Counted from the stretch's first letter, positions 12,044 to 26,489 are shown. The stretch: 64,000 nt of DNA from Octopus sinensis (GCF_006345805.1 NC_043007.1:66588001-66652000); one strand, 5' to 3'. Numbers and translations are program-made. The notes: generated by a model from the sequence alone, not told the origin.

Positions 12044-12102
12044 TATAATCAAAATAAGCAACAAGGATACCTTTGGATATCCTTGTTGCTTATTTTAATT
12101 AT
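12044..12102. repeat. Hairpin with ~25 bp arms between TA tracts
   Basis: ataatcaaaataagcaacaaggata-cctttgga-tatccttgttgcttattttaattat. Confidence 0.88.
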
Positions 12103-12256
12103 ATATATATATATAAGAGGTCGAATTTGCTTTTCATCCTTTCGGGGTCGATAAATAAAGTACCAGTTACGCACTGGGGTCGATGTAATTGACTTAATAC
12201 GTTTGTCTGTCCTTGTTTGTCCCCTCTGTGTTTAGCCCCTTGTGGGTAGTAAAGAA

Positions 12257-12310
<54 letters not shown>

Positions 12311-13189
12311 ATATAATATATATATATGTAGCATTAAAAATAGAAAGTCTTTGTTACAGTATTATGTATTTGAAGAAAGGAATAAGAATGGCTTTTCTGA
12401 TAATTTTCCGTTATGTATAATTAGATGTTTATAAATCAGACTATTTATATAAAACGAATTGTGAACATTGAATGATTTATATACATCTAATTATTAAAAT
12501 AAGAATAATTATCAGAAAACCCGTTCCTGTTCATTTCTTCAAATGTGTGTGCGTGTGTGTGTGTGTGTGTGTTATTTATTATATTATATTGTATGAGAAT
12601 GGTTTGGATGGTAATATTAATTCATGTCTCGAGGCCTTCTGTAGACGATAGTGTGTTGTTGATTAATAGATTTTTGTTTTGTTTCATTCGCTTTTTTTTT
12701 TTTTTGTCAAACGTATTCTATTTATGTTGTGATATGATGTGCTGCATACTGTGACTTGTTGCGGTTGTTTGGTCTTGTATAGAAGCCTTGCACTGCATAG
12801 GGTGCCGTGTCCAGCCGTAAGGTATTGTAATATGGCCTGCTGCCTTTGTGTAGTTCGTGTTCTATTACATAGTGTGACGTAGATCGCTTTAGTTTAGTTT
12901 CTATTGTGTTGCATATTGTGACAACGTTGAGTTGTGTATAGCATGTTGTTTTATTTCATTTTCCTTGTCAGGTATGTTGAGACACATAGCTTAACAACTT
13001 TATGCACAAAGCACAACATGAATCAATGGACGTATTTCCTCGCATAAAAGGTTCGATATATATAAAAATAATAATAATTAAGTATGAGAGCACATTTTAT
13101 AACAACCGAAACGGTCTTTTGATCTTCTTGCGAACAATAATTTGGTAAAGTTTCAAACATATTTTAAATGACACACCACATCAGCGTTT

Positions 13190-13815
13190 GTACATACATA
13201 CACACATACACACATACATACATACATACATACATACATACATACATACATACATACATACATACATACATACATACATACATGTATACATGCATACATG
13301 CATACAAACATACATACTTACATACATACATACATGCATGCATGCATACATATATACATACATACATTCATATATACATACATACATACATAATACATAC
13401 ATGCATACACACACTCATACATGCATACATACATACATACATACATATATACATGCATACATAATACATACATGCATACATACATACATGCATACATACA
13501 TGCATACATGCATACATGCATACATACATACATACATACATACATAATACATACATGCATACATACATGCATACATACATACATACATACATACATGCAT
13601 GCATACATACATACATAATACATACATGCATACATGCATAATACATACATGCATGCATGCATACATACATACATACATGCATAATACATACATGCATACA
13701 TGCATACATACATCCATACATGCATACATACATGCATACATGCATACATACATGCATACATACATGCATACATACATACGTACATACATGCATACATACA
13801 TACATATATACATAC
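13190..13815. repeat. (TACA/TGCA)n compound microsatellite
   Basis: Direct reading. Confidence 0.95.
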
Positions 13816-14928
13816 GGGTAGTGAGGAAATGATAGAATCAGTTCTCAACGCCGTATGGGTGGATGAATAATATTTTTAGATAGAATTTTATAGCCTGATA
13901 CCATAAGTTTCGAGAAAGTATGTTCACGATTATTTAATAGGAGTTTGAATAATGGAGAATGACTTCGCTATATTAACTGGCAAGAATTTGTGTATGGCTG
14001 GGGTGGGGATTCTGTCTGTGCAAGGCAAATTGCTGTCGGTCTGTCTTATAAACAGCAACCACACAAATCTATTTTTCTATTTTAAATAATTTTCATAAAT
14101 TAATAACTCAATTAGAAGGTAATGATAAAATAAATGTACCGCTATTTTAAAGATTTTCAAACTCGTTTGGATCATCAGAAATAAATCGATTCTACAAATT
14201 TGATTTTAAAACATATAAATGTTAAACAAAATGCTCCAAGTTTACGAGAAACAGACATTTTATAGTCTGTAAAGACATTTTATAGTCTGCCAGTTTAACA
14301 CATTTTCACAAACGAAATATATTAAAATAAAATACCGCCCCCGTTGTATATTTAATCATGGAAATTAAGATAATTGCATTATAATTTTCTCTGTGTTTTT
14401 TTTTTTTGCTTGTGTGTTTTTGTTTCAGTTATATATTTTTTCCAGTTTTGACTCTTCTATGAGATGATGTGAAATAGCAGCAAATGGTCATATGACTAAT
14501 ATATACAAAACTGCATTAATACATCTCTCAACACATATCTACACCACGCTTGGCCTGAACAGCAGCCTCACGCACCGGTTACCTTCGTATCCATCAGCAT
14601 GAAGAAGCTCAGTGATTCGCTACAGATTAACTACTCGGGTACGAGTAAATGCCAACGGCAACATTTCTTGGCAAAGTTAGGAGAGTCTTCATCGCGAACC
14701 AACACCGTTTGTTCCATTCTGAACGCATTCGGAGTTCTTCACAAACATAACAAACGGTGAACCCACCTATTGAGGACAGGTGAGGTTTCTGCAATTTTTT
14801 GCTGAGCAACCTGTATTAATGGTTTGTTTATCGTGACCAAATGTATGTATGTACAAAATAGCTCACTATCTCCATCACATCATCATTGCTTGTACAGGTG
14901 CACGGTGTGTCACGCATCAGATGTCGAA

Positions 14929-14959
<31 letters not shown>

Positions 14960-15230
14960 TTTATGTATACATCTTTGTTTAGAAACATTACGTTACCTGT
15001 ATTTAGCAAATATTACCAATAACTACATTAACTCGTAATTCTATTTATATCTGATGTATGCATGCATGTACGTATGTATACATGCATGGAAACATATATA
15101 CATACATACATACATGCATACATGCATACATGCATACATGCAGGCAAGCATATAGGCATACATAGATATATACATATAAATGTATGTGCGCATATATGTG
15201 TGTGTAAGAAACACAAATACATGCGTATGT

Positions 15231-15303
<73 letters not shown>

Positions 15304-15786
15304 AAATATATGCTTGTCTATATACATTCACAAAAATAAATATTCGAACATGATTCGTTTTTATAAATACCTCTCATTCACGCAAAGAAGCACACAAACA
15401 CACGCACGAACATGTTATATGCGTGTGTGAGAGAGTATACAGGCACACACACACACACGCAGAACCTCATGCTAAATTACTCTTGGAGACGTTTATGTAG
15501 GTACATAGATACTTGTTTCGGTAAATGGATATTAAAACTAGACTATCGCGTGACAGTCATTAACTGGACATTACGATAATATCTGGTGATTAAAAAAACA
15601 AAAACACAAAATGGCAGACAGCTACTGGACCGAACATTAGCTCACGGCATCAGGAAAAACAATAACAAAAGTAGGTATAAAAATGATAAAACGAAAATAC
15701 GTCTTTCTTTATTTGCCACAAGGGCAATAAAAATGTGTTTAAATTATGTAACCAGGACAAACTACTGAACGTGCAAAATTGAATTA

Positions 15787-17367
15787 TATCAGGCTGAGTA
15801 AAACGTAAGCAACGTTTTGAAACATGAAATTCATCACAATATATTTCAAAAATGCGGAAATTTTATTTATCAAAGTACCACGACAATCAACACCTTTTTG
15901 CCAACGAGTTACAAGTTTGTTTATTCTGGTAATATTAAAAATCTGGAGTTCTGGAACTGATGAACTCTTTGCACGCCCTTCCAACATCGGTTTGATCTTT
16001 GAACTCCTTCTCTCGCAGGATGCTTTGAAAAAGTGGTAGCCAGTGAGAGTAGGGTCTGGGGAATAAGCTGGGTGGGGAAGGACTTTGTAGCGAAGGTCCA
16101 TCTATTTCTGCAACATCATTAGTGAAATGTGTAGTCGAGCATTGTCATGAAGAATGATTGGCCCTCTTCTGTTGACCTGTCTGGAACGGAGGAGTAGCAG
16201 TTTTTTTTAATTCATTTTGACAATTTCATGGCAAAATGTTTTGAAGTAATGGTTTTTCCGGATTTTAAGAAGTTATAGAGAGTGAGTCCAGCAGTACACC
16301 ACCAAACAGTTACCATAACCTTCTTTTTGAAGAGCTCGGGTTTAGGGAAACTTTTCGGTACTTCATTTTGGTCCAACTACTGCGAAGAACGTTTTTTTTA
16401 TTATTGTACAGAATCCACTTTTCATCGCAAGTTACAATACGGTCGAGTAATGGATCGGTCTGGTTACGGATCAGAAGCGACAAGCAAATTTCATGTCTGC
16501 GCATTTTCTGATTTGCATTCAAATCGTGTGGTACCCATTTGTCGAGCGTTTTTTTTTTGTTTTTTTTTCCGATCACATGCAAATGGTTACAAGCAGTTTT
16601 CTGGCTAACTTGAAGTTCTTTTGCCACTTCTCAAGTCGTTTTATGTGGATCTTTCTCAATGACCGTCATTGAGGACAGATGGGCGTCCACTACGCTCACG
16701 ATCTTCGAGGCCTAGGTCTCCACTGCGAAATCGTTTAAACCATTTTCGAACTGGTCATTTCCTCACCAAACGTTTTGTTGATATTACGAGCAGTTTCAGC
16801 TGCTTTACGTACTTTTTTGAAGTTGAATAGCAAAATTGCTCGAATATCGCACTTTAACAGTTCCATTTCAGATTATTTTTTCCTACTCTAGGCACAAGGC
16901 CCGAAATTTGGGGTAGGGGGCCAGTCGATTAGCTCGACCCCAGTATGCAACTGGTTCTTAATTCATCGACGCCGAAAGGATGAAAGGCAAAGTCGACCTC
17001 GGCGGAATTTGAACTCAGAACGTAGACAGACGAAATACCTATTTCTTTATTACCCACAAGGGGCTGAACATAGAGGGGACAAACAAGGACAGACATAAGT
17101 ATTAAGTCGATTACATCGACCCCAGTGTGGAACTGGTACTTAATACCGCTATGCATTTCGCCCGGCGTGCTAACGTTTCTGCCAGCTCGCCGCCTCTCCA
17201 TTTCAGATGATTGTAACAACGGTGAATTTATTGATGCATTTGGGCAAGTCTATGTCTGTATTATCAGATAATTGCAAAAAATGTTGATAACTATTTAAAA
17301 ATCTGCAGAAATCTGGTACAAATTCTTCATGGTTCAAAACGTTGCTTACTTTTTACTCAACCTGATA
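15787..17367 (-). mobile_element. Full-length degenerate mariner (DD34D-type) transposon with both TIRs, interrupted by a SINE
   Basis: TIRs tatcaggctgagtaaaacgtaagcaacgttttgaa (15787) and its near reverse complement ending 17367. Transposase motifs MELLKCDIRAILLFNFKK, WVPHDL, IVTCDEKW and HPAYSPD; many frameshifts. Confidence 0.93.
16874..17196 (-). mobile_element. Dimeric SINE family B inserted at the mariner start codon
   Basis: TSD tccatttcagat at 16862-16873 and 17197-17208. Confidence 0.88.
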
Positions 17368-17727
17368 AAATAGAAGTTAATACAAACACTCGCGCACACG
17401 TACACACCTAAGCTCGCGCGTACACACATAAACATATATACATTACCTCCATTTTTAAAAACCCTTTATCTCGACTTCCTTCCCGCTCTACAGGGCATAT
17501 GCAACAGTTGGAATTTCCCTAAATATACCTCCCGAGATATATATTGCATACATGAGTATATACAGTATATCGTTTGAACGAGTTACAAATATTGTAATAT
17601 TTGCTCCTGTCATGAACAAATAATTCCTGATTAGAGGTTTGCTTTTTCATTTTTTCTTTTTACTTTATCTCATTTCAGCCAGAAGATGAAGCCTTACTGG
17701 GGCACCACCTCCAATGCGATTGGTTTT

Positions 17728-18622
17728 TATTGGGTTGTCCGGAAAGTCCGTGCCGATTTATAGTAACTTACCTTTCGACTTATTTTAGAACATAGGATTT
17801 GACTACACCTCCATTTAAAGCAGTTTAAGCTATCTTTTCGTGGAAGAAGGTTTATGTTCCTCTAACCTGTGTTAATTCTGTAGCCCTTTAAAATGGAAGA
17901 TAAGAAAGTTCTTTTTCGGAACTTGATGCTTTTCTTTTTCCGTAAAGGGAAAAATGCCTCACAAGCAACCAAAGAAATATGCGCAGTTTACGGTTGTGTC
18001 TCTTTATCCGAAAGAACTGTACGGAAGTGGTTCGCAAGGTTCCGAGCTGGAGATTGTAGCCTTATTGATAAAGAGCGATCAGGCAGACCATCCACTACAG
18101 ATATTGACCAAATCAAGTCATTAATTGAGAATAACCCACATTGCACAACCCGAGAATTGGCAGAAAGCCTCAACCTATCAAAATCCGTCGTTCGTGAGCA
18201 CCTGGTAAAGCTTGGGTACACAAATCGCTGCGATGCTTGGGTACCACATGAGTTGAGTGAGAAGAACCTTTTGGATCGCATTTCCATCTGTGATTCGCTT
18301 TATAAACGGAATGAAATGGATTATCTACCAAAATGTTCAGAGAAAGCGATCCTGGAGTAAGCGACATGAGCCACCCTTAGCCACCCCAAAAGCGGGTCTT
18401 CACCCTAAAAAGGTCTTGCTTTGTGTCTGGTGGGACTGGAAAGGAATTCTGTACTATGAGCTTCTCCCAAGTAACCAGACAATTAATTCTGAGAAATACT
18501 GCACACAACTGGACGAGTTAAAAGCAGCAATTCAAGAGAAACGTCCAGAATTGGCCAACAGGAAAGATGTTGTTTTCCAGCATGTTAATGCAAGAGCGCA
18601 CGTTTCTTCGGGAACCAGATAA
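17728..18622 (+). mobile_element. Mariner transposon, 3'-truncated, second family; transposase pseudogene 17893-18622
   Basis: Left end ta-ttgggttgtccggaaag. MEDKKVLFRNLMLFFFRKGKNA..RSGRP..WVPHEL, then LHPKKVLLCVWWDWKG..FQHVNARAH. The first catalytic D (TGDEKW) is lost by a frameshifting deletion near 18315. Nested in a decayed SINE A. Confidence 0.93.
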
Positions 18623-18780
18623 AACAGTTCAACCTCAGTGCTTTCATTCTAATCCTGGTCCAAAGTTCCTCGGTACCCTATGTTGAACGGCTAAGTTACA
18701 GGGATGTAAACAAAGCAACACCGTTGTCAAGCAAACGTTGATGGGGAACAAACACAAACACTAAGACACCATCCCATCCC

Positions 18781-18815
<35 letters not shown>

Positions 18816-18935
18816 CATACATACATGTATGTATGTAAGTATGTATGTATGTATGTATGTATGTATGTATGCATGTAAAAAATTAGAGACGACTCAACGT
18901 TTGTGAACGAAATTGTCCCTTGTGAGTGAATTTGG

Positions 18936-18986
<51 letters not shown>

Positions 18987-19204
18987 GACTGGCTTCTTTC
19001 AGTTTCCGTCTAACATATACAAATCTATTCACAAGACTTTGGTCGGCCTTGAGCTAAAGTAGAAGACAGTTGCCCAAAGTACTGCGCAGTGGGACTGAAC
19101 TCGGAACTACATCGTTGGGAAGCAAGCATCTTATAAAGGATATTTACCGTCAACCCCATTTTCATTCACGCTCGCAGGTCAAACTGAATTACCTTTGCTT
19201 TTTG

Positions 19205-19735
19205 CTTTTATTTTCTTCAGTCGCGCAACTAGAGTCATGCAGAAGCACTACCTTGAAGGGGCAGTCGATCAAATCAACGCCAGTACTTATTCTAAGTCAG
19301 GGACCTATTGTATTCTCTTTTACTCTTTTATTTGTTTCAGTCATTTGACTGCGGCCATGCTGGAGCACGTGTCTCTTTTTTTTTTCTTTTACGAGTTGCT
19401 AATTTACGGGGATGTAAATAAACGGGCTGTCAAGCGGTGACTCAAACACCCAGATACAAATACACACACGTGCACGAGCGCGTGAGAGTGAGAGAGAGAG
19501 ACAGACAGACAGACAGACATACATACAGACAGACAGACAGACAGACAGACAGATAGAAAGACAAATAGACAGAAAGACACACAGACAGAAAGGGGACTCT
19601 GATAGACATACGCATTTTCCATCTACCAAATTTACTCACAAGGCATCGGTCGTTCCGGGATTATTGTAAAAGACAGTTACACAATATGCGATGCAGTAGG
19701 ACTGAGCACAGAACCATGTCGTTGCAAAATCTGCG
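19205..19735 (-). mobile_element. Degenerate SINE family A copies with (GACA)n
   Basis: tttcagtcatttgactgcggccatgctggagcac ... gcagtaggactgag. Confidence 0.75.
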
Positions 19736-20034
19736 CAATAAACTTGTATCCATGTCGAAGGAATGTGTGTGTGTGTTGGGGGGGGGGGACGCATGCATGT
19801 GTGTTGCTAGATTTATTATACTATTTCATTGGGCATTTTGCTAAATTTTGCACAAACGAAGAAATATTTTCATTATATGTTAGATTTTTAAAAGATTTCT
19901 GTTAGTATCATAACTTCCCTTCACTGTAATTAAAATTTCACTTTGAAATTCTGGAGTTTACACTTTAAACCTTTTTACTCTTTTACAGGTTTCAACCATG
20001 TTGCTGCAATCATGCTCGACTACCACCGCAAATT

Positions 20035-21340
20035 TGCACCCTTTCCACGGCCTTCTGTATTTGGTTACTTCTAGCGGAATTTTATATCACCACCTTTGCA
20101 TGCGCTTTTTTCTTTGTTGTTGGTTCATTTGATGTATGAGGGAGTTTGATATTGTCACCCGCATCTGCACTTAGTGCCAAGACGTTGGTTGTCTGATATC
20201 GTAGACAGGAGATGCCCATTTCGTTTTTGAAAGCATTTCCTGGATTCAGGAAAGGAATATCATGTATCGACAATATTTTTGTAATTCCCCAAATACTTGA
20301 CAATCCCATGAATGGAACTCGTCTTTGTGCATGTTGTTTGTTAACTTTGAAAAAGCTCTCGATATCCTTCACTGAGATACACTTTGGAAGATTCTCAGAG
20401 ACAGGTTTCCCACACGAATTGGTCATGATGATTCATTTATTGTATGAAAACGTCGAATGCCAAGTTACACACAACAACAAACTGACAGATCCGTTTTAAA
20501 TTAAAACCGAAGACAAACAAAGATGGGTATTATCACCAATCTTATTTCCATTGTCTATGAATTGGTTGATGCAAAGTACGACAGAAGAATATAAACGTGG
20601 TATAGAATGGCACACAGCTCAACCAGAAAATTTAGATTATGCAGACGACATTTGCTTGTTCTAATATACGCTCCAAGAGTTACAAAACAAATCTGAAAGA
20701 CCTAGTCAAATAGCCAACACCGTAGGTCTTAAAATCAAGGAGAGGAAAATGTACACCCTTTGTAAAAATATAACAGATGTTGACCATGTGACTTTGAACG
20801 ACAAACCAATCGCAAATGTTGACGAATTTAACTATCAAGGCACCAAAATAACAATTGATGGAGACTGCATTCATGAAATAAATACAAGAATCAGCAAAGT
20901 CAACCAATCATTCGGTATGTAAAACTCAATATGGAAATCATCAATACTCAGCAAGAACACCAAAATACGATTTTACAAAAGCAACATACTTAGCATCTTC
21001 CTCTATGGATCTGAATGTTGAAAACAGCCAAAAGTATTGAAAAGAAATTGGAGGTGTTTCAAAATAAATGTTTACGAAAAGCTTTGAAGGTCTACTGGCC
21101 AAATATGATCGCGAATAGCCAACTACTTACCAAGGCTAACGTGAAACTAATAAGATAAACTATTGAAGCAAGGAGATGGAAATAGCTTAGTCGAACTTGT
21201 TATAAATCAAAATTGCCAGGATCGCTTTGTAATGGGTTCCACAAGGTTCAAGAAGACGTGGCAGACCAAAGGAAACGTGGTGGAGAACAATAACAGTGTT
21301 AGAAGGTGGAATGATCTTACTGTTGCGTCAGGTAACACAA
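20035..21340 (+). pseudogene. RTE-clade LINE RT/3' region, degenerate, with possible inverted 5' segment
   Basis: GFRKGISCIDNIF, VLSPILF, LDYADDICL, SIFLYGSEC, EVFQNKCLRKALKVYWP, RRGRPKETW. Confidence 0.88.
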
Positions 21341-21509
21341 GGCACGATGAGAACCGAATGAATTGATGATTTAGTCTATCGGTTTCCTTTGGTCGAGCCG
21401 CTAAGTTACGAATCAACAACGGTTGTCGAGCGTTTATCAGGGACAAACGCAAACAAAGGCACACACACAAATAAATAGGAAATCATCATTGTCATCATCA
21501 TCATCATAA

Positions 21510-21726
21510 TTAAGGCAGTGAGCTGGCAGAATCGTAAACACACCGGGCGGAATACTTAGCGGTATTTCGTCCGTCTTCACGTTCTGAGTTGAAATTCAGC
21601 TGAGGTCGACTTTCATCCTTTCGAGGTTGATAAATTAAATACCAGTTGAGTATTAGGATCGATGTTATTGATTGTCCCCCTCCCCACAAAATCCAGGCTT
21701 TGTGTCTATAATAAAAAGGATTATTA

Positions 21727-21758
<32 letters not shown>

Positions 21759-21980
21759 TATTATTATTATTATTATTAAGGTGGTGAGCTGACGGAATCG
21801 TTAGCACGCCGTGCGAAATTTTTAGCAGTATTTCGTCTGCCACTACGTTCTGAGTTCAAACTCCACCGAGATCAACCTTGCGCTTCATTCTTCCGTGTTC
21901 GATCAAATGAGTACCAGCTGAGTACTGGGGTTGATGTAGTCGACTTATCCCCTCTCCGAAATTGCCAAAATTTGAAATCG
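21510..21980 (+). mobile_element. Two SINE family B copies separated by (ATT)n
   Basis: Heads aaggcagtgagctggcagaatcg and aaggtggtgagctgacggaatcg. Confidence 0.85.
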
Positions 21981-22569
21981 TCCTCCTCCTCCTCATCATC
22001 ATCATCATTATTATTGTTATTATTATTATTATTATTATCATTATTATTATTATTATTATTCCCGATATTCTGAAGGTATTTTCGCCACATCACAGTAGCA
22101 ACACCGCTTCTTGTGTACTCATTGTACGAATCTTAGTGTCCATTACATTAACGTAAGTGATAATGCATGCATACATACACACATACATACATACATACAT
22201 ACATACATACATAAACATAGACACACTCACGCGCGCACAAGCTCATAGACACACAGACGCGCGCGTACAACAAGAATATAAACTGTTGGGATTATCAGTG
22301 TTAATTAATTAAAGCCTTTATTCCATTGCCTGATTACAGAAGCACCTCTTACTCACCCCGTCTCCCACTTAGGCTTCTATCATTGAATGAGTTGTTATAT
22401 AATCCTTATACTAGTTCCCTAAGGAGTTTTAAAGTCAGCGGCGCTCTACTAAAAGGGAGCTCAGCTTTCACTGAAATATCCTCGACAGTGTTTCAGATTT
22501 CTAAGACCTTATTAATCCATAAAATATTGTGAAGCTTTTGTGTCTAGCTGCATTAATCCGAACGGGATT

Positions 22570-23120
22570 TTGTTTATTCTTATTGTCTACTTCTTTCCTT
22601 ACACCTTCTCTCGTTCTCGTGCTGTTTCTCCCTCTTTTTGATCTTTTTTTCTCTTTCATTCAAGATCATCGCGTCTTACCTTGCTTATTCTCTCTTTTTC
22701 ATTTTCCTTTTTTATTTTCATTCCTTCCTTTATTCTTTCTTTCTTTCTCTATGTCTGTAATATTCTCTCAGCAAATTTTTCATTCAATCCTTTCTTAAAG
22801 TTTTGTTTTCAACTTGCACACATCTTCTTCTTCTTCTTCTTCTTCTTCTTCTTCTTCTGCTTCTTCTTCTGCTTCTTCTTCTTCTTCTCTTCTTCTTCTT
22901 TCTCAGCTTCTTCATCATCATCATCATCTTCTTCTTCCTCATCCTCTTTCTCCTCAATTTGTCTACTTTTTATCTCTTCATTTTCGTATTTTCTCCTTTT
23001 CTTCTTCACCATCGTCATTTTCTCCCTTTCATTCTTCATTCACTTCCTCCTCCTTATCTGCCTCTTCTTTTCCTCATCCTCCTCCTTCTCCTCTTCCTCT
23101 TTCACCTCTTTCTCTTTCTT
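22570..23120. repeat. Pyrimidine-rich low-complexity tract including (CTT)n
   Basis: Direct reading. Confidence 0.9.
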
Positions 23121-24334
23121 CCACATACCACAAAAAATTTGATCTCTTCCGGCTTAGTGCTTCAAGAATTCAATATAGCTTAATCTGCACGTGTTCTTAT
23201 AAAGGTAAAGAAAATACAGGCTGGTCTTTGGTAAAAATACACGCAGAGAACATTAATAACAATAAAATAAAACCAAAACATGAATGTTATTTTTCACCAG
23301 TTGGCTTTAAAATCAGGATTCATCCCTTCTGTATCACCATTATTTTTTTAATCCTGCCAAATATTATGAGGAAATTATTATATCCCTTGTAATAACTAAA
23401 TCTGACTTAAAACTACAGACATGACTTTTAACCACACTTGGTTGGGGAAGTTCCAGAGTTTTAAGGAATGTGGAACCACCGGTTAGCCACAAATTTTCCC
23501 AAATATACTTTGGCCCGGAGTAGTAGCACCTTCAGGGTCCCATACGTGAGTAAAATGCTATGTAACCACCCGAAGCAGAGTACGTTGAAATCATGGGATG
23601 CAGCATGGTGGATATGAACTATTTCGGCAAACGAATTTCTTTAAATTAATGGTACTTAGCACTAGATGCTAAGCAGATAAACTGACAACAAACTGTCAAT
23701 GGTCAGTATCAACCAATTCACTTAGCGATCTGTTGCCATCGTCTGTTTGTCCCCCTACCATCATCGCTTCACAACCGTAACTTAGCGGTTCGGCAAAAAA
23801 GACCGAAAGAATAAGTACAAGGCTTAGAAAAAATAAGTCCTGGGGTAGATTTGTTCGGCTAAAGGTGATGCTCCAGCACGGCCTCAGTGAAATGACTGAA
23901 ACAAAAAAATGAAAAAGATTCAGTTTAAACACATTTTAACATTTAAATCCACTGAAAATGCGAAAAGACAAACGGCCCGACTCTATTACGTACTACTTCT
24001 GTCATTGTTACGGTAGAAAAACTATCGGTTGCCAAGTGAAAGAAAGAATGATTTTCTTGAGTCTTGCTTTAAATAGCTAAAATGGCTGCAGGAATTCACA
24101 TCTTTAAATAGTCCTTAGAAAATTAGCGAGAAACTAGAAACCACACCTGCTGCAGCGAGGGAATCGCTTTACATTTAATAACGTGAAATTGGTTGACATT
24201 TATGACACAGCATCCAATGAACGGTTAATGGCGAATGGAGACGATTATGACTTCGGAGTAAATGTCATCCTCAACTAGTTTACCCGCTTTTTTCAACGGA
24301 TAAATAATTTTTGTCACGCTTGTGAAATGTATTG

Positions 24335-24656
24335 CGACACTGGCTTACACTTATTGTCCGATCCCCATATAGTGCATTAATATTCCTCGAACTTTCCGTT
24401 ACGTTGTTGCCTTTATTGAAATTATAAAGTAAAATATGCCGAATATGTTCCTTTATAGCTTTGAAGAAAATAACTGTTAAAATCGAACTGTACTCTTCAA
24501 AACTTGTGCAGAAATAAAAAGACAACAATAAGCACAAGGTAAAATTACTACCTGCCTTTATAGCAAGTTGATGCAGATAGTTTATTCTGTCCCCTCACCT
24601 CCAACTTTTAGTTCATGCAATTAAAAACACAGCATTATTTATGGGATGATCCAATA
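24335..24656 (-). mobile_element. 5' fragment of a third mariner family
   Basis: End ta-ttggatcatcccataaat; translation KEHIRHILLYNFNKGNNVTESSRNINALYGDRTISVSQC (mariner HTH). Confidence 0.85.
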
Positions 24657-24886
24657 TGTATGTCTATGTATTTGTATGTATATATATATATATGTATGTA
24701 TACTTATGTATACATGTGTGTATACGTGTGTATATGTGTGCGTGTGCGTGCGTGAATGTGTGTTTGTGTGTTTGCAATAACGTTTGAAATATTATTTTAG
24801 TACGTGTAACTGTATAATTGTATATATTTGCATTTGTCTACTGAATTGACCGTATATTCTCATTTACATACAATATAAGTGGATGC

Positions 24887-25005
<119 letters not shown>

Positions 25006-25154
25006 GGAAAATGAGTTATATGCAAAGGGGAATGAAGGAATTTTCTAAGATAATTGAAAAGAGAAAGCATATGCGCTTTTGCGCATGTGTGTAGAGCATA
25101 TATATGTGTGTAGAGCATATATATATATATATATATAGTATATATATATATATA

Positions 25155-25209
<55 letters not shown>

Positions 25210-26489
25210 ATAAGACAGGCAGCAAGTGAGCGCGATGCAGAAAATATAGCGAGAATGAAGTGAAAGAGTGGGGAAGAACAGTTTATGCAAATATCATTCA
25301 TTAAATATGCATTCGGATGTAAGTAGGGAGACATCTGTATGCAATTATGTTGTTTTAAGCCTTAGGTCAATATTGCTTAAGCAGACCGATAGTTAATGTT
25401 ATTCTAGCTATGACCGTCCCTTATATTTTAGGTGTATGACTAGGATTATATTATCAAACATATATTCTATGTTTTCCTTTTTCAAGACATTATGGTTTAT
25501 GATTTCATTGGGTTTTGGCTACTATTTCAAACAGGTGGAGTGTTTATACATTAGCAATGAATATATAAATATGTATATAATATCTGAAAATTACTTAAGG
25601 TCAAACAACACCGATTTTCTTTCTGTCATATGGTCTCTGTATGCATAAATTATTGCAGCATTATCTGAAAATAAACACTTTCATTTTAAGAAAATGTCGC
25701 ATATATCAAAGCGCGATGATCCTCTTTTTTTATGCACTGAGTGCGCCTATGATATTATAGCGATAACATGCATTGGCATTTTTACGATTACATTTGTTCA
25801 GTGTATATGAATGCGTGTGATTGTGTATATATATATATATATATGGAAGAGGGAGTGCGCGTGTGCGTGTAATTAGTTTATGTGTATGTGTGAATTTGTA
25901 CAAGTAAGTCCAGTTATATACACGTACTGACCATGGTATTGGTGCTGGTGTCAGATGTCGACGTTGTCGACGACATTAAGCGTTAGAGCCAGTGTCGGTG
26001 CTGGCGTTGGTGTCTGCTGAAAAACGACAGCTGTTGGCAACACATGAATCGAACATGAAATTATTAGCATATCGTAAAAACAAACAAAAACATTTGTAAA
26101 TACATTATCAAGGAGACGACAATCATAGGTTTTCGTTGTTGTCGTCTTTTTATTTCTGCACTTACCGCTCTCTACCTTGTATTATAGGTGCCAAATGAAC
26201 AAAGGGTAGTCTATCTTAGAATCGATAGAGCTAGCTACGAGTTAGCTTTGTAAATATAAATCAGCCGCGTGTTGAATGACTGAGCTCTTTTTCATATCCG
26301 CAAGCACGTGCTAGCATTAAAGAATATCGCCCATACGCCAGGATGGTCAGTCCTGCTAACAACCTCAATATATAAAAGTTTTACAATGAACCAACGAGAT
26401 TGTCCCTGTGTTACACGAACCATGAACTACCTGGTTTATATGATCGACAAATGCTTTCAAGAACTCGCATGAGGCATCGAAAAAGCATC

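Noticed and set aside
13815-14815. Possible non-autonomous Tc1/mariner ends (...gagcaacctgta)
   Set aside because: No matching second TIR or transposase motif could be confirmed.
25925-26020. Minus-strand AG...GT bounded GC-rich segment
   Set aside because: Stops in all three frames; at most a non-coding exon, with no support.
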